Notes under the pieces: model-generated
What the model was told of the DNA's origin: nothing
The model's database searches: none
Seen by the model: only the letters and a program-made list of their open reading frames with translations
Shown here: positions 28,596 through 38,791 of the stretch, in pieces
Layout: every line of letters begins with the position of its first letter
How positions within the stretch are numbered: position 1 is the first letter of the stretch
Made by a program: the position numbers and the translations under genes
Assembly (NCBI GenBank): GCA_045803545.1
Contig: JBJMOW010000004.1
Coordinates: 320,001-384,000 of the forward strand
Source: Gemmatimonadaceae bacterium
GTDB lineage: Bacteria; Gemmatimonadota; Gemmatimonadetes; Gemmatimonadales; Gemmatimonadaceae
Reading direction: 5' to 3'
DNA length: 64,000 nt

Positions 28596-29246
28596 TCAGC
28601 CGAACCACTCGCGCGGGTTCAACCTCTGCTGCTCGGCAGCGTCTATCACCCATTGCTGGCTCTGACTGTCGGTGATCTCGCCGGCCACCGAGTCGAACCA
28701 GAAGCTCGACTTCTTCAGATCACCCACGCGCCGCCAAAGCTCACCGACCAAGTAGGTAAGAATCGCTCGCTCTTCGCGCGGAACCCCGTCATAGGTCTTC
28801 AAGGCTTCCTCGAACATCCACGCTGACTGCCGTCGGAAATATCGTTCGGCCTCGATATCCCCTTCATCCACGCAGCACCAGGCAGCACGCAATAGAAGAT
28901 CGGCAATGTGCCGCGGGTCCATCCCCTGCCACTGAGCAACCTTTGCGGCGGCTTCGTATTTCTCTGAGCCGCAAAGAAGCGACGGACGTAGCGGAGTGAG
29001 CTCCTGGAAGACGTGTTGCTTGAGAGAGGGACTGACATCAGCGCCGGGCGTGAAATCCGACTCGCCACCCGAAAAGCCACACTCGCCGCACATATGAATC
29101 AGGTATGCGAGCGGCTGAGTTCCCGCCGCACGCTCATGGAAGTCAGTGCGCTTTCCCCCGAACGCGTTTGTAGAAACGACGCTCTGGGATTTGAATTCAT
29201 TGTCACACACGGGACAACGAAGATCGATTTGACGTAGCGTTGTCAT
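28596..29246 (-). CDS. DUF2225-like zinc-ribbon/TPR protein
   Basis: CPVC...CGECG N-terminus, LRAAW, YLVGELWRRVG. Confidence 0.75.
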   Translation of the reverse strand: MTTLRQIDLRCPVCDNEFKSQSVVSTNAFGGKRTDFHERAAGTQPLAYLIHMCGECGFSGGESDFTPGADVSPSLKQHVFQELTPLRPSLLCGSEKYEAAAKVAQWQGMDPRHIADLLLRAAWCCVDEGDIEAERYFRRQSAWMFEEALKTYDGVPREERAILTYLVGELWRRVGDLKKSSFWFDSVAGEITDSQSQQWVIDAAEQQRLNPREWFG

Positions 29247-29496
29247 GGCTACTCCCCCCTCTCTCCAGGCCTTCGGGAAACAGTAGAGGGAATATTTGTG
29301 CCATTCCTCAGAAAGGCGTACTGGCGGGTTGGAAAAAGCAGCCCACTACTTGGGAAAAGTCTGGCAAAGCTCTGAACAAATCGCGCTCAGTTTGGAAATC
29401 GTAGTGAAGACTGCCTTGTTGAGAATTTCTGTCGATTGTATCTTCTCGCATCGCAAAACCCGCGACTGGTTCTCCCAACCCGCGACCTGGTCGTTG

Positions 29497-30435
29497 ATGC
29501 TCATCAACCTACTGCCTGACTTCTTCGCAGTTCACAACAGTACAGACCGTGTCGCCGCCTATCTCCGCTACTTCGAAACTCACCGTCGCTACCTAGAAGC
29601 CTACTGGCACAACTACGTCCTCGATCCGGCGGGGCCGCATTTCCAGGAAGTCGTTAGATCTGCCGCACTTGCGAGCCGTGTAGACCTTCGCACAATGCTG
29701 GAGAGAATTGACGTCGTCTCTCTCGCACGAAACACCGAAGAGCAGTGTCGCACCCTGCTCGAAGCAGACACCGACATAGACGTTTTGTTGATGGTCGGCG
29801 TGGGTGCCGCGAACGCCGGCGAGCTGGTCGTTGACGGGAAGGGTGTCGCTTTTGTTTGCCTGGAGCATTTCACTAGCGTAACGAATCCCGAGACCCAGGG
29901 ACTCGGTCTCGATCCTGAGCTGATTCCACTATGGCTCGCTCACGAGATAGCACATGCGGTGCGCTACACGTCTCCGACGAGTCGCAGCGAGCTAAAGCAG
30001 TTGATCGACGATGCCGGCGGCTACTACTCGTACTGGGAAACAGGACGGCGCGCTTCGCTCCGCGAGCTGGTCATCAACGAGGGTTTGGCTACTATTACCT
30101 CGCGCGCCATCAGCCCCGGCCATGCGGCTTGGGAGTATTACGGGTACACCCGCCGAGAGTACGCCACTGTTCGCGAACTGGAGCCGGTTATAACCCGAGC
30201 TTTGACCAACGATCTCGACCGAGCCGGACTCGGATTACGCTTGCGATACTTATCAGGCGGCATGAGTGACGACGCACGAACCGTCGACCGTCACGTTTTC
30301 CCTGAACGGAGTGGGTATTTCGTCGGAACGAAGATGGTCGAGCCAGCCGTCACCACTCGCGGGCTTCCCTGGGCGATCCGAGCCGGTGCCGGTGAAATCA
30401 CCTCGATCGCAAGTTCTACCGCCGCCTCAGCGTAG
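29497..30435 (+). CDS. Putative Zn-dependent protease (DUF2268-like gluzincin)
   Basis: LAHEIAH motif followed by NEGLA and GYFVG; start moved to ATG 29497. Confidence 0.65.
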   Translation: MLINLLPDFFAVHNSTDRVAAYLRYFETHRRYLEAYWHNYVLDPAGPHFQEVVRSAALASRVDLRTMLERIDVVSLARNTEEQCRTLLEADTDIDVLLMVGVGAANAGELVVDGKGVAFVCLEHFTSVTNPETQGLGLDPELIPLWLAHEIAHAVRYTSPTSRSELKQLIDDAGGYYSYWETGRRASLRELVINEGLATITSRAISPGHAAWEYYGYTRREYATVRELEPVITRALTNDLDRAGLGLRLRYLSGGMSDDARTVDRHVFPERSGYFVGTKMVEPAVTTRGLPWAIRAGAGEITSIASSTAASA

Positions 30436-30437
30436 CG

Positions 30438-31802
30438 CTACTTCCCCACACAAAACGAACTGAACACCCGGTCGAGAATATCCTCGACATCGACTGCGCC
30501 CACCAGTTCCTCGAGCATTGTGATCGCGGTACGCAGATGAACTGCCGCGATCGTCGCGGGAAACTTGTCGCCCGTCCAGATCCGATGAAATTCGGAGATC
30601 TCGGAGAGGGCCAGCTCGAGCGCATGCCGGTGGCGTGCCGTCGTCAGTAACGGGGTCCCAGCTGCTCGCGGTCCGCAGTGCTCATCTACCACCGACTCGA
30701 TCTGTGACAGCAGTCGTGGCAGCCCGAAACCGCTCTCGGCACTGACCGACAGTGTGCCGGACGTTTGGTTGCCATTTGATACTAAATCTGCCTTCATGAG
30801 CAGGGGAATGATCGTCGCCTGGGTACGCGGGCTAACCAGCGCGACCGTTGCATCCAGATCACTGGGAGTTTCCGCACAGGCCAACACCACCTCCGCAGCA
30901 CTTAGGTAACGCTCGCTCACTTCAATCCCGAGGCGCTCGATTCGATCCGTCGTATCACGCAGACCGGCGGTATCGACCAGGCGCAACGGCCACCTCCCGC
31001 CATCGATCACCGCTTCGAGCGCATCGCGTGTCGTTCCCGCAATCTCCGTCACAATTGCTCTCGACTTGCCAAGCAGCGCGTTGAACAGAGAAGACTTTCC
31101 GACATTCGGCGGTCCAGCAATGACGACGATCGCGCCTGCGCGAACGATTTCACCGGCTGGAACTGTCGCAAGCAGCCCACGGAGCGCTTCTAGAACTGTT
31201 TTTATCGCCCTCTCGATGCGATCGCGGGGAATCGGTCCATCGTCCTCCTCCGGAAAGTCGACATCGTAGGCAATCAGCGCCTCTAGATCGAGCAACTGAT
31301 TCCGGAGCGCGGTCAGACGTCGTGACAGCCCGCCATCAAGCTGTGCCAGGGCAGCGTCCTGCATTGCCCGCGAGTTGGCGTCGATCAAATCACCAATTGC
31401 TTCAGCCTGAAGCAGATCCAGCTTGCCGTTGAGGACCGCACGTCGTGTGAATTCGCCAGCTGTTGCCTGTCGAGCGCCCGAGCTCGTGAGCGTTGCTACG
31501 ACCGAAGTTGGGACTACGTAACCGCCGTGCGTCGAGATCTCGACAATATCCTCCCCGGTGTAGGAGTGGGGAGCTGGAAACGCCGTGATGAGCACTTCAT
31601 CGAGTCGCTTCTCACCATCGAAGAAGGCAGAGAGATGAGCGACACGCGGCTGCTGCTGCCAATTCCGGACATGCTTACTGGCAATCGAAAACGCGTTTGG
31701 TCCGCTCAGGCGGATTACAGCAATTGCTCCTCGACCGGGTGGGCTGGCGATCGCTACGATGGTATCGTCGACCAACAGCCCCCGATCATCCACCCGACTC
31801 AC
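30438..31802 (-). CDS. mnmE: tRNA modification GTPase MnmE
   Basis: [44 protein letters not shown]. Confidence 0.97.
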   Translation of the reverse strand: MSRVDDRGLLVDDTIVAIASPPGRGAIAVIRLSGPNAFSIASKHVRNWQQQPRVAHLSAFFDGEKRLDEVLITAFPAPHSYTGEDIVEISTHGGYVVPTSVVATLTSSGARQATAGEFTRRAVLNGKLDLLQAEAIGDLIDANSRAMQDAALAQLDGGLSRRLTALRNQLLDLEALIAYDVDFPEEDDGPIPRDRIERAIKTVLEALRGLLATVPAGEIVRAGAIVVIAGPPNVGKSSLFNALLGKSRAIVTEIAGTTRDALEAVIDGGRWPLRLVDTAGLRDTTDRIERLGIEVSERYLSAAEVVLACAETPSDLDATVALVSPRTQATIIPLLMKADLVSNGNQTSGTLSVSAESGFGLPRLLSQIESVVDEHCGPRAAGTPLLTTARHRHALELALSEISEFHRIWTGDKFPATIAAVHLRTAITMLEELVGAVDVEDILDRVFSSFCVGK

Positions 31803-32584
31803 GCCGCCGTGGGAAGCACAAACGTCGTTCCAGGCTCCAGAATCTTCACCGCGGGGTGCAGGGGGTGATCCTGAAGTGTGGCACGCAGTCGATCGATCGC
31901 GTCAAAGGCTGTCGACGTGACGTGGTTGAACGTGCCCCAGTGATAAGGAATGAAGTACCTGGCTTTCAGCCGCTCGAACAACGTGAGTGCGTCGTTGCTC
32001 GTCAGGTGTCCTTTTCGGAATCCAGGTTTCCACCATGGTGCGTGCCCGATCGGCAACAACGCAAGATCCAGGTTCCGACCCTCGTCGAGAAGCTGCCTTT
32101 CCACCATATGCGTAGTATCGGTTTTCAGCGCCGTATCTCCGGCGAAGAAACACGAAACCTTATTAGTATCGAGTAGATACATATTTGTTGCGCTTCGCCA
32201 GCGGTCTACTCCATACCGGTTGCCTTTATGCGTCGCAGACGCAGCGTGGATGTGCAGATCTCCCAAAGTCTCTTTTGATCCCGGATCGACGGGTACCGCG
32301 TGTTTATAGCCTTGCTTGCTCAGCCACTTTGCTACCGCTGGAGGTGCGAAGAGCGGAATATCCGACTGCAGCGAATCGAGAGACTTGAAGGACAGGTGGT
32401 CGGCGTGCGCATGTGTGAGCAGGATTGCATCGAGCTTGGGCAGCGCATCGAGCGCGATTCCAGGAGCACTGACTCTCGGCAGAAACTTACCTAGCGACAG
32501 CTCAAAATTCGGATCAGTGATGATGGTCCGCTGTCCGATCTCGATTAGTAGCGTTGCGTGACCAATATACGTGACACGCAGCAT
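31799..32584 (-). CDS. MBL-fold metallo-hydrolase (NAPE-PLD/UlaG-like)
   Basis: YIGHAT, TDP, THAHADH, FAGDT, LPIG, PYHWGTF. Confidence 0.88.
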   Translation of the reverse strand: MLRVTYIGHATLLIEIGQRTIITDPNFELSLGKFLPRVSAPGIALDALPKLDAILLTHAHADHLSFKSLDSLQSDIPLFAPPAVAKWLSKQGYKHAVPVDPGSKETLGDLHIHAASATHKGNRYGVDRWRSATNMYLLDTNKVSCFFAGDTALKTDTTHMVERQLLDEGRNLDLALLPIGHAPWWKPGFRKGHLTSNDALTLFERLKARYFIPYHWGTFNHVTSTAFDAIDRLRATLQDHPLHPAVKILEPGTTFVLPTAA

Positions 32585-32593
32585 TGACCCTCC

Positions 32594-34267
32594 TTATCCC
32601 GCCGGCCGTACCTTCGCCCGCTCGCGTGCCAACATCCACTGCTGCGGCAGCGCCGCTATGTTCTGCGCCGTGTAGTAAAGGTTCAGTCCTGACGCCATGT
32701 TGAGCAGCACCACCGTCATCATGAGCGGGAACATGTACCCCATCATCTTTGCCTGCGGGTTCGGTGGTGCAGTCCTCATTCCAATCCACGACAAGATGTA
32801 CATGGACGCCCCCATCAGCAGCGGGAGGATATACAGGGGGTCCTTCACCGAGATGTCATGGAGCCAGAAGAATGGGACGCCCCGGAACTCGATTGTATTC
32901 TGGAAGACGAAGAACAGCGCGAACAGAATGGGCATTGGCAGCAGCGCTGGGAGGCACCCCGTAAGGCCGGCGAACGGACTGACCCCGGCATCGCGATAGA
33001 CTTTCATTATCGCTTCACGCTGTTGGACTGGATCTTTGTATTTCTTCTGCGCCACTGCAAGCTTCGGTTGGAGCTCCTGCATTTTGAGACTCGAGCGCAT
33101 GGTGCTCTGATTGAGCGGCCACAGCGCCAATCGGACTAGAACACCAAGAATGATCAGGACCCACCCGTAACTGAGGTTCAGGCGGTTGTGCATCCATAAC
33201 AGCGCCTGAATGACTTTGGACGCGATTGGATGCACGACGCCTTGCAGGAATCGCCATCCGTAAGGGTTTATGTGATCGAAGTCGCGACCCATTCGCGAAA
33301 GACGCTGCGATTCCTGCGGACCCGCATACACGTCGAACGAAAATGCTCCGTCATGAATCTCGTCTACCACAGCAGCACTGGCCGTAGTCGCGACCTTGGA
33401 AGTCCTTGAACCACCGGTCAGAGTAGCTTCGCTGAACTGGGTTCCGTTGGTCGGGGCAAGTATGCCAAATACGAAGTATTTGTTCTTGACTGCAACCCAG
33501 TTGAGCGGGCCGGTTTCCAGAGCTTTTTCACCCGGATCCAAGCTGTTGAACAACACGCTCCGCGCACGATCCCGCTGCGGCTTGAAGCTGTAAGCAAGCG
33601 TCCTGTGATCACCGAGTGTGTCCGCCTCCGTCGGCCTCAGAGTTTCCGGCAGCTCCGTTATTAGATATGAAGGCGATGCGCTACCGGTGATGCGACCGTC
33701 GACGTGCATCGAGTAACTGGAGACGGTGTCCACGGGAAGCGTGTATGTGAGCACGACATCATGTTTACCGACAGTGGTCGAGTAGGAGAGGACTTCCGCG
33801 CCATTGCTGGCACGATGCCTCGTCAACGTGAACGGAAGTCGCGACAAATCGACGGTGTCGCTGGAACTGAGAATCCTATAGCTAAGCAGAGGAGTCCCAG
33901 GGCTGCCCAAATCGACTAGGCTATTCGTTGCTCGGTTCTTGTAGTCGCGTATGACAACCGCCGTTGGCGCACCACCAACGCTACTGAATTTGTAAATCGC
34001 CTTGGGCGTCTCGACATCAATAGTCTCGGTGTGAGCGGCGGATGTATCCAGCCTGCCGACAATTTCTGGCGGCGCACTTGGGATGGAACCAACGGCACTC
34101 GGCACCGTCGGCGAACTAACACCCTGAGTCGTAGACGACGCGGTTCTAGCGGTTGAATCCTTGGCGTTTCGCGCCGTCGGTGCTGGCTTGGCGGGAGGGA
34201 ACAACAGCTGGGTTGCCGCGATGACTACCAGCGATAGAAACAGCGCCAGAAAAAAACGCTTATCCAT
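32594..34267 (-). CDS. yidC: Membrane protein insertase YidC
   Basis: MDKR.., YAGP, YGW, GCLP..LPMPI, DPLYILP, SGLNLYY. Confidence 0.96.
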   Translation of the reverse strand: MDKRFFLALFLSLVVIAATQLLFPPAKPAPTARNAKDSTARTASSTTQGVSSPTVPSAVGSIPSAPPEIVGRLDTSAAHTETIDVETPKAIYKFSSVGGAPTAVVIRDYKNRATNSLVDLGSPGTPLLSYRILSSSDTVDLSRLPFTLTRHRASNGAEVLSYSTTVGKHDVVLTYTLPVDTVSSYSMHVDGRITGSASPSYLITELPETLRPTEADTLGDHRTLAYSFKPQRDRARSVLFNSLDPGEKALETGPLNWVAVKNKYFVFGILAPTNGTQFSEATLTGGSRTSKVATTASAAVVDEIHDGAFSFDVYAGPQESQRLSRMGRDFDHINPYGWRFLQGVVHPIASKVIQALLWMHNRLNLSYGWVLIILGVLVRLALWPLNQSTMRSSLKMQELQPKLAVAQKKYKDPVQQREAIMKVYRDAGVSPFAGLTGCLPALLPMPILFALFFVFQNTIEFRGVPFFWLHDISVKDPLYILPLLMGASMYILSWIGMRTAPPNPQAKMMGYMFPLMMTVVLLNMASGLNLYYTAQNIAALPQQWMLARERAKVRPAG

Positions 34268-34476
34268 TATGGAACCGGATCATAGCCGCCGGCATGAAAG
34301 GGGTGACATCGAAGAAGTCGGGCAGTCGTGAGGTAGAAGCCCCGCAGTACGCCATGCCGCTCAAACGCTTCGATCGCATACGCCGAGCAACTCGGGTAAT
34401 AGCGACAACTCGCGGGAAGTAGCGGGGATATTGCCACCTGGTATCCACGAATCAGCAGAATGAAGAACGTGCGCAT
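34267..34476 (-). CDS. yidD: Membrane protein insertion efficiency factor YidD
   Basis: [31 protein letters not shown]. Confidence 0.96.
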   Translation of the reverse strand: MRTFFILLIRGYQVAISPLLPASCRYYPSCSAYAIEAFERHGVLRGFYLTTARLLRCHPFHAGGYDPVP

Positions 34477-34479
34477 CGC

Positions 34480-34824
34480 TTAGCGTGCAATTCCAGTTGC
34501 CCAGCTACCGATCTGAGCAACGTCGGCATTCAACTCACTGAACGTGGAATCGTAGGCCTCGGGTTTCGCCCGGATTAGCAGATCGACTCGGCCAAGCTCC
34601 GGTAGGACAGTTGTTCGCACCAGTTCGCGTAGCCGACGTTTAACGCGGTTTCTTTCAACGACCTTATGTCGATGTTTGGGTACCACGATGCCGACCCTTG
34701 GATGCAAAAACAGGGAAGCTGATGCTCGAGCCTCGAGACGCTCGGTTTGCATTCGCTTCCCTGTACGTCTAACCGCTTCAAGATCAGCTTCGCTCGTCAG
34801 CCGTCGGCTGCGAGGAAAGCCTAG
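34480..34824 (-). CDS. rnpA: Ribonuclease P protein component (start codon uncertain)
   Basis: LGFPRSRRL...RVGIVVPK...VERNRVKRRLRE RNR motif; between rpmH and yidD; first ATG at 34752, CTG at 34800. Confidence 0.9.
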   Translation of the reverse strand, partial: LGFPRSRRLTSEADLEAVRRTGKRMQTERLEARASASLFLHPRVGIVVPKHRHKVVERNRVKRRLRELVRTTVLPELGRVDLLIRAKPEAYDSTFSELNADVAQIGSWATGIAR

Positions 34825-34828
34825 GGAC

Positions 34829-34993
34829 TTAGGCGCCGGCGTACTTCGACGGTATCTGGACGGTTAGCCGTTTACGTCCCTTCTTGCGCCGCCGGCTCAG
34901 AACTTCACGTCCCCATTTAGTAGCCATCCGCAACCTAAACCCATGCGTGCGGATACGGCGCTTGTTACGAGGACGGTACGTCGGCTTGCCCAT
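34829..34993 (-). CDS. rpmH: 50S ribosomal protein L34 (not in ORF track)
   Basis: [54 protein letters not shown]. Confidence 0.97.
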   Translation of the reverse strand: MGKPTYRPRNKRRIRTHGFRLRMATKWGREVLSRRRKKGRKRLTVQIPSKYAGA

Positions 34994-35107
34994 TTATAAC
35001 TCCAAAGAACCAGAAAGATCTTGAGTTGGTGCGAAGCGGGTAAAGCTATCCCAGCATTGGAGATACTTCAAGTCAACTGAAGCAACACGCGTAAAAGCTC
35101 GTTTGAC

Positions 35108-35116
35108 TTTTCCACA
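35108..35116 (+). promoter_or_regulatory. DnaA box upstream of dnaA (probable autoregulation)
   Basis: TTTTCCACA fits TTWTNCACA, directly after a TTGACT -35-like hexamer. Confidence 0.65.
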
Positions 35117-35139
35117 TAAAACCGGTAGCCTAGCCGGTC

Positions 35140-36570
35140 ATGTCGCTCAGTCCCGCCGAAGTTTGGAAACTCCTCCTCGATCGCGCCCGCCAGGAGCTTC
35201 CATACCAGACATTTCAGACCTGGCTCGCCCCTACCGAAGCACTCTCAATGGAGGGCGGAACGGTTTTCGTGGGAGCTCCAGATCAGTTTACGGCAGATTG
35301 GAACGAGTCCAAGCACTCTCAGTTGCTGTCGAGCTATGCGCCAATCGTTCTTGGGCACCCGCTAAATGTGGTCTTCAAGGTCATCGAAGAGCGAAAGAAA
35401 CGGTCGCAGATGGATTTTTTCGTTAGCCCTCCTCCGGCTCCAGCGAAGATGATAGGCCAGCAAAACGGCAGCAGCTCTCCGCCACTCAGCGAGCGTTACA
35501 CCTTCGACCTTTTCGTCATCGGCAAGTCCAACGAGCTCGCCGCAGCTGCTGCTCATGCCGTCAGTCAGGCTCCGGGCAAAGTTTACAATCCATTGTTCAT
35601 CTACGGCGACACGGGTCTTGGTAAAACCCATCTGATGCAGGCAGTCGCCCACGAAACTCTGCAGAGAAACCCGAATACGCGGGTCACCTACGTTGGCACC
35701 GAGCAGTTCATGAACGAGCTGATTAGCTCGATACTTGATCGCACTGCTCCCGAGTTCCGCCGTCGTTATCGCGAGACGGACCTTTTACTGATCGACGACG
35801 TCCACTTCCTCAAGGGTCGAAAAGAAACAACCCAGGAAGAGTTCTTCCACACGTTCAACGCACTCTATGAGGCAGGCAGACAAATCGTTCTGACCAGCGA
35901 CAGGCCTCCATCAGAAATTGCGGGGCTGGAAGCACGGTTGATTAGCCGCTTTCAATGGGGAATGGTGGCCGACATCGGGCTGCCCGACTTCGAGCACCGT
36001 GTTGCCATTCTCAAGCAGAAGGCACAATTGGATCGTCTCGAGCTGACGATTCCAGATGATGTGATTCACTTCATCGCGGAGCATGTGCGATCCAATGTGC
36101 GAGAGCTCGAAGGATCAATCATCAAGCTGCTCGCTTACGCCTCCCTAAAACACAAGGACATCACCGTCGACGTTGCCCGTGAGGCCTTGCGCGACAAGCT
36201 TCGCGCAATCGAAGGCCATGAGCATGAGCAAGCTGGATCCCTCAACATATTCACAATTCAGCAAGCTGTTGCAAAGGAATGGGGCGTGACAGTCGATGGA
36301 CTTCGGTCCAAGACGCGCACGAAGACGCTCACAACACCCCGCCAAATCGCGATGTATCTGACTCGCGAGCTCCTTTCGACCCAGCTCGTTGAAATTGGAA
36401 ATGCGTTTGGCGGCCGAGATCACTCAACCGTGATACACAGCCTCGAAAAAGTCCAGGATACCATCACACACGACTCCGATCTTCGCACTCGCATCAATCG
36501 GCTACGGAATAATCTCGAAGCTTTCAACTTTCGAGTGCTTCCGCGTGTGGAAACTTCCAAAGTTTCCTGA
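35140..36570 (+). CDS. dnaA: Chromosomal replication initiator DnaA
   Basis: YTFDLFVIGKSN, YNPLFIYGDTGLGKTHL, QEEFFHTFN, FGGRDHSTVIH. Confidence 0.99.
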   Translation: MSLSPAEVWKLLLDRARQELPYQTFQTWLAPTEALSMEGGTVFVGAPDQFTADWNESKHSQLLSSYAPIVLGHPLNVVFKVIEERKKRSQMDFFVSPPPAPAKMIGQQNGSSSPPLSERYTFDLFVIGKSNELAAAAAHAVSQAPGKVYNPLFIYGDTGLGKTHLMQAVAHETLQRNPNTRVTYVGTEQFMNELISSILDRTAPEFRRRYRETDLLLIDDVHFLKGRKETTQEEFFHTFNALYEAGRQIVLTSDRPPSEIAGLEARLISRFQWGMVADIGLPDFEHRVAILKQKAQLDRLELTIPDDVIHFIAEHVRSNVRELEGSIIKLLAYASLKHKDITVDVAREALRDKLRAIEGHEHEQAGSLNIFTIQQAVAKEWGVTVDGLRSKTRTKTLTTPRQIAMYLTRELLSTQLVEIGNAFGGRDHSTVIHSLEKVQDTITHDSDLRTRINRLRNNLEAFNFRVLPRVETSKVS

Positions 36571-36730
36571 AATCGATGTCGACCGACGTTGACTACAGGA
36601 ATTACCAACATCCAATCACACATTAACCAGCGTAGCGGAAAGTCCACTCCTTTCGTAAGTTAGACCTTCTCCCCGGAACTCCACAGCCCCTGCTACGACT
36701 GCTATTAGTAACTCTTTATAAGAGACTACT
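36546..36730. other. Replication origin oriC (basal unwinding system)
   Basis: dnaA-dnaN intergenic region; DnaA-box-like TGTGGAAAC (36546) and AACTCCACA (36677), then GCCC, DnaA-trio-like CTG CTA CGA CTG CTA TTA GTA (36690-36710) and an AT-rich stretch. Confidence 0.8.
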
Positions 36731-36762
36731 TAGTAAGCCGATCTGAAATAACAGGTACTCTG

Positions 36763-37875
36763 ATGCGCTTCACGATATCTCGGGAAAAGTTACAGGAAGG
36801 GTTGGCAGCGGTAACTGCCAGCATACCGGCAAAGACCACACTTCCGGTTCTTGCGAATATACTCCTCGAGACAACCGACAAAGGAATTAAGCTCTCAGGC
36901 ACAGACCTGGATATTGCCGTCAGTACAGAGGTAATGGCAGACGTTGAGACAGCTGGGGCCGTGACTGTTCCAGCTAAGAAGCTGAGTGAGATCGCGCGTG
37001 AGTTACCGCCAGCTCCGGTGAAGATGGCTGCAGTTGGCGAGCAGCGCGTTACGCTTGATTGTGGTCGTTCCCGATTTAAGCTGCTTGGTCTGCCTCGAGA
37101 TGAATTTCCGACTTTTCCCGCAGTGAAGTTCAATGAAAGCTGGAGAATTCGGTCGGGAGATCTTCAGCAGCTGATCGGACACACATCCTTTGCTGTATCT
37201 GCTGAGGAGAGTCGGCCGATATTGAATGGTGTCCTCTGGGAACTTCGTCCGGAGCGAATGCGAATGGTGGCAACAAATGGCCACCGGCTCGCGAAGATGG
37301 AGATGCCGATCGACTCGGCGAATGCTCCAGCCAGTGACCTGATCGTTCCGCCCAAGGCCCTGGAGCAGGTGAGACGACTTTTTCCAGCGGAGGAAGAGCT
37401 CGAGATCGCCCGTGGAGACAATCACCTTGGCTTCAGATCTCCATTCACTGCAGTCTTCACCCGGCTCATCGAAGGTCCGTATCCGAACTATGAGCAGGTA
37501 ATTCCGCGAGATAACGACAAAGTCGCGGTCGCTGATAAGGTCGCGCTTTCCAGTGCGTTAAAGAGAATGTCAGTGATCGCGTCGGATCAAACACACCGTA
37601 TCCGGCTTTCCTTCAACGCCGGCATGTTGAAATTCAGTGTGCAAACTCCAGATCTTGGCGAAGCGCAGGATGAATTACCGGTTCGCTACACTGGCGATCA
37701 GCTCGATATTGGCTTCAATGCCAGCTACCTGCTCGAGATTTTACGCTACATCCCGACTGACGAAGTGAAGATGACCTTTAGGGCACCTGAACGTGCAGCG
37801 ACGCTCGAGCCTGAAGGCTGGAAGAATCCAGCGTCGTACATGTGCCTGGTGATGCCCCTGCGACTTGTCGACTAG
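36763..37875 (+). CDS. dnaN: DNA polymerase III beta clamp
   Basis: TDLD, VPAKKL, ATNGHRL, LIEGPYPNY, IGFNASYL, VMPLR. Confidence 0.98.
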   Translation: MRFTISREKLQEGLAAVTASIPAKTTLPVLANILLETTDKGIKLSGTDLDIAVSTEVMADVETAGAVTVPAKKLSEIARELPPAPVKMAAVGEQRVTLDCGRSRFKLLGLPRDEFPTFPAVKFNESWRIRSGDLQQLIGHTSFAVSAEESRPILNGVLWELRPERMRMVATNGHRLAKMEMPIDSANAPASDLIVPPKALEQVRRLFPAEEELEIARGDNHLGFRSPFTAVFTRLIEGPYPNYEQVIPRDNDKVAVADKVALSSALKRMSVIASDQTHRIRLSFNAGMLKFSVQTPDLGEAQDELPVRYTGDQLDIGFNASYLLEILRYIPTDEVKMTFRAPERAATLEPEGWKNPASYMCLVMPLRLVD

Positions 37876-38726
37876 CGGACTCGGTTAAACTCTTCTTTCG
37901 CCGTTTCCCGCATTCGGTTCGTCCGTCCCGACGCTCGAATTATAAAATCCAAATCTTGAGTTGTTGTCAGGCGCAATAATCTCCCGAGCTCCGGACTTAC
38001 GAAGTAGGTAGCTGTGCCGGAACCGATTGTCTCGATAACCATCTGGTGTTGCTGTTGTCTTCCCGCGCCCTGTGCGGTGATGCTATCAACTCGCTGGATC
38101 GTGACCACGGCTTCGCCGTTGAATGATGTTTTGCCTACCACAGAGAACCGGCGGACGATCGTTGCCCTCATCGGTATGGTGCCATAACAGCTAACGCGGA
38201 CCGTCGAATCCCGCCATGTCATGCCGGGTGCGAGCTGCCGTGGAAAACTGATCAGCACGTTTCTGATGTCCGTCTTCAGGCTGGATTGAACTGCATCGCA
38301 CGGCTCAAGAGCGGACGAGTCTGCTGCAACAGTTACCGAGTCGATTGCTCCTGAGATCTGGACGGGAAGGTTTACTGGCGGCGTACCGCTGATGAGTCCT
38401 TGCGAAGCTGTGGAAAAAGTATCGATGGTCGCTGTATACCGAACTGTATCAGCGCTGACAGCCAGAGCCAGGATCTCATGGGTGTTGTTGGTCGATATTT
38501 CGCGATGTGTTCCCGAATCTGTCTGGCTTTCGATTGCAGCGCTGCGATTGATCTGCAGCCGAATGGTGTCGGATGTGTACGCAAAGATCCACGGACCATT
38601 GTCAGAGACTTCTGCCGATGGCTGTGTTGGGGCGGGGGAGGGTGAAACCGGTCGGGATGGACGGCTCCCGGCACAAGCTGCTGTCGCCAGTAAGATAAGA
38701 GTTGACCTCCAGAGGTTGCCCGTCAT
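37872..38726 (-). CDS. Hypothetical lipoprotein
   Basis: MTGNLWRSTLILLATAAC lipobox; beta-rich body. Confidence 0.65.
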   Translation of the reverse strand: MTGNLWRSTLILLATAACAGSRPSRPVSPSPAPTQPSAEVSDNGPWIFAYTSDTIRLQINRSAAIESQTDSGTHREISTNNTHEILALAVSADTVRYTATIDTFSTASQGLISGTPPVNLPVQISGAIDSVTVAADSSALEPCDAVQSSLKTDIRNVLISFPRQLAPGMTWRDSTVRVSCYGTIPMRATIVRRFSVVGKTSFNGEAVVTIQRVDSITAQGAGRQQQHQMVIETIGSGTATYFVSPELGRLLRLTTTQDLDFIIRASGRTNRMRETAKEEFNRVR

Positions 38727-38791
38727 CCAATTATCGAAGTGAGCTTGTGAAAGCAACAACCCCCGACACGCGAGCATCGGAGGTTGAAGAA

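Noticed and set aside
29289..29303. Sigma54-like TGGCACAAATATTCC upstream of the DUF2225-like gene
   Set aside because: The -12 element is CC rather than the near-invariant GC.
36538..36554. parS-like TTCCGCGTGTGGAA at the dnaA 3' end
   Set aside because: Lacks the CACGTG-centred palindrome; better read as a DnaA-box-like site.
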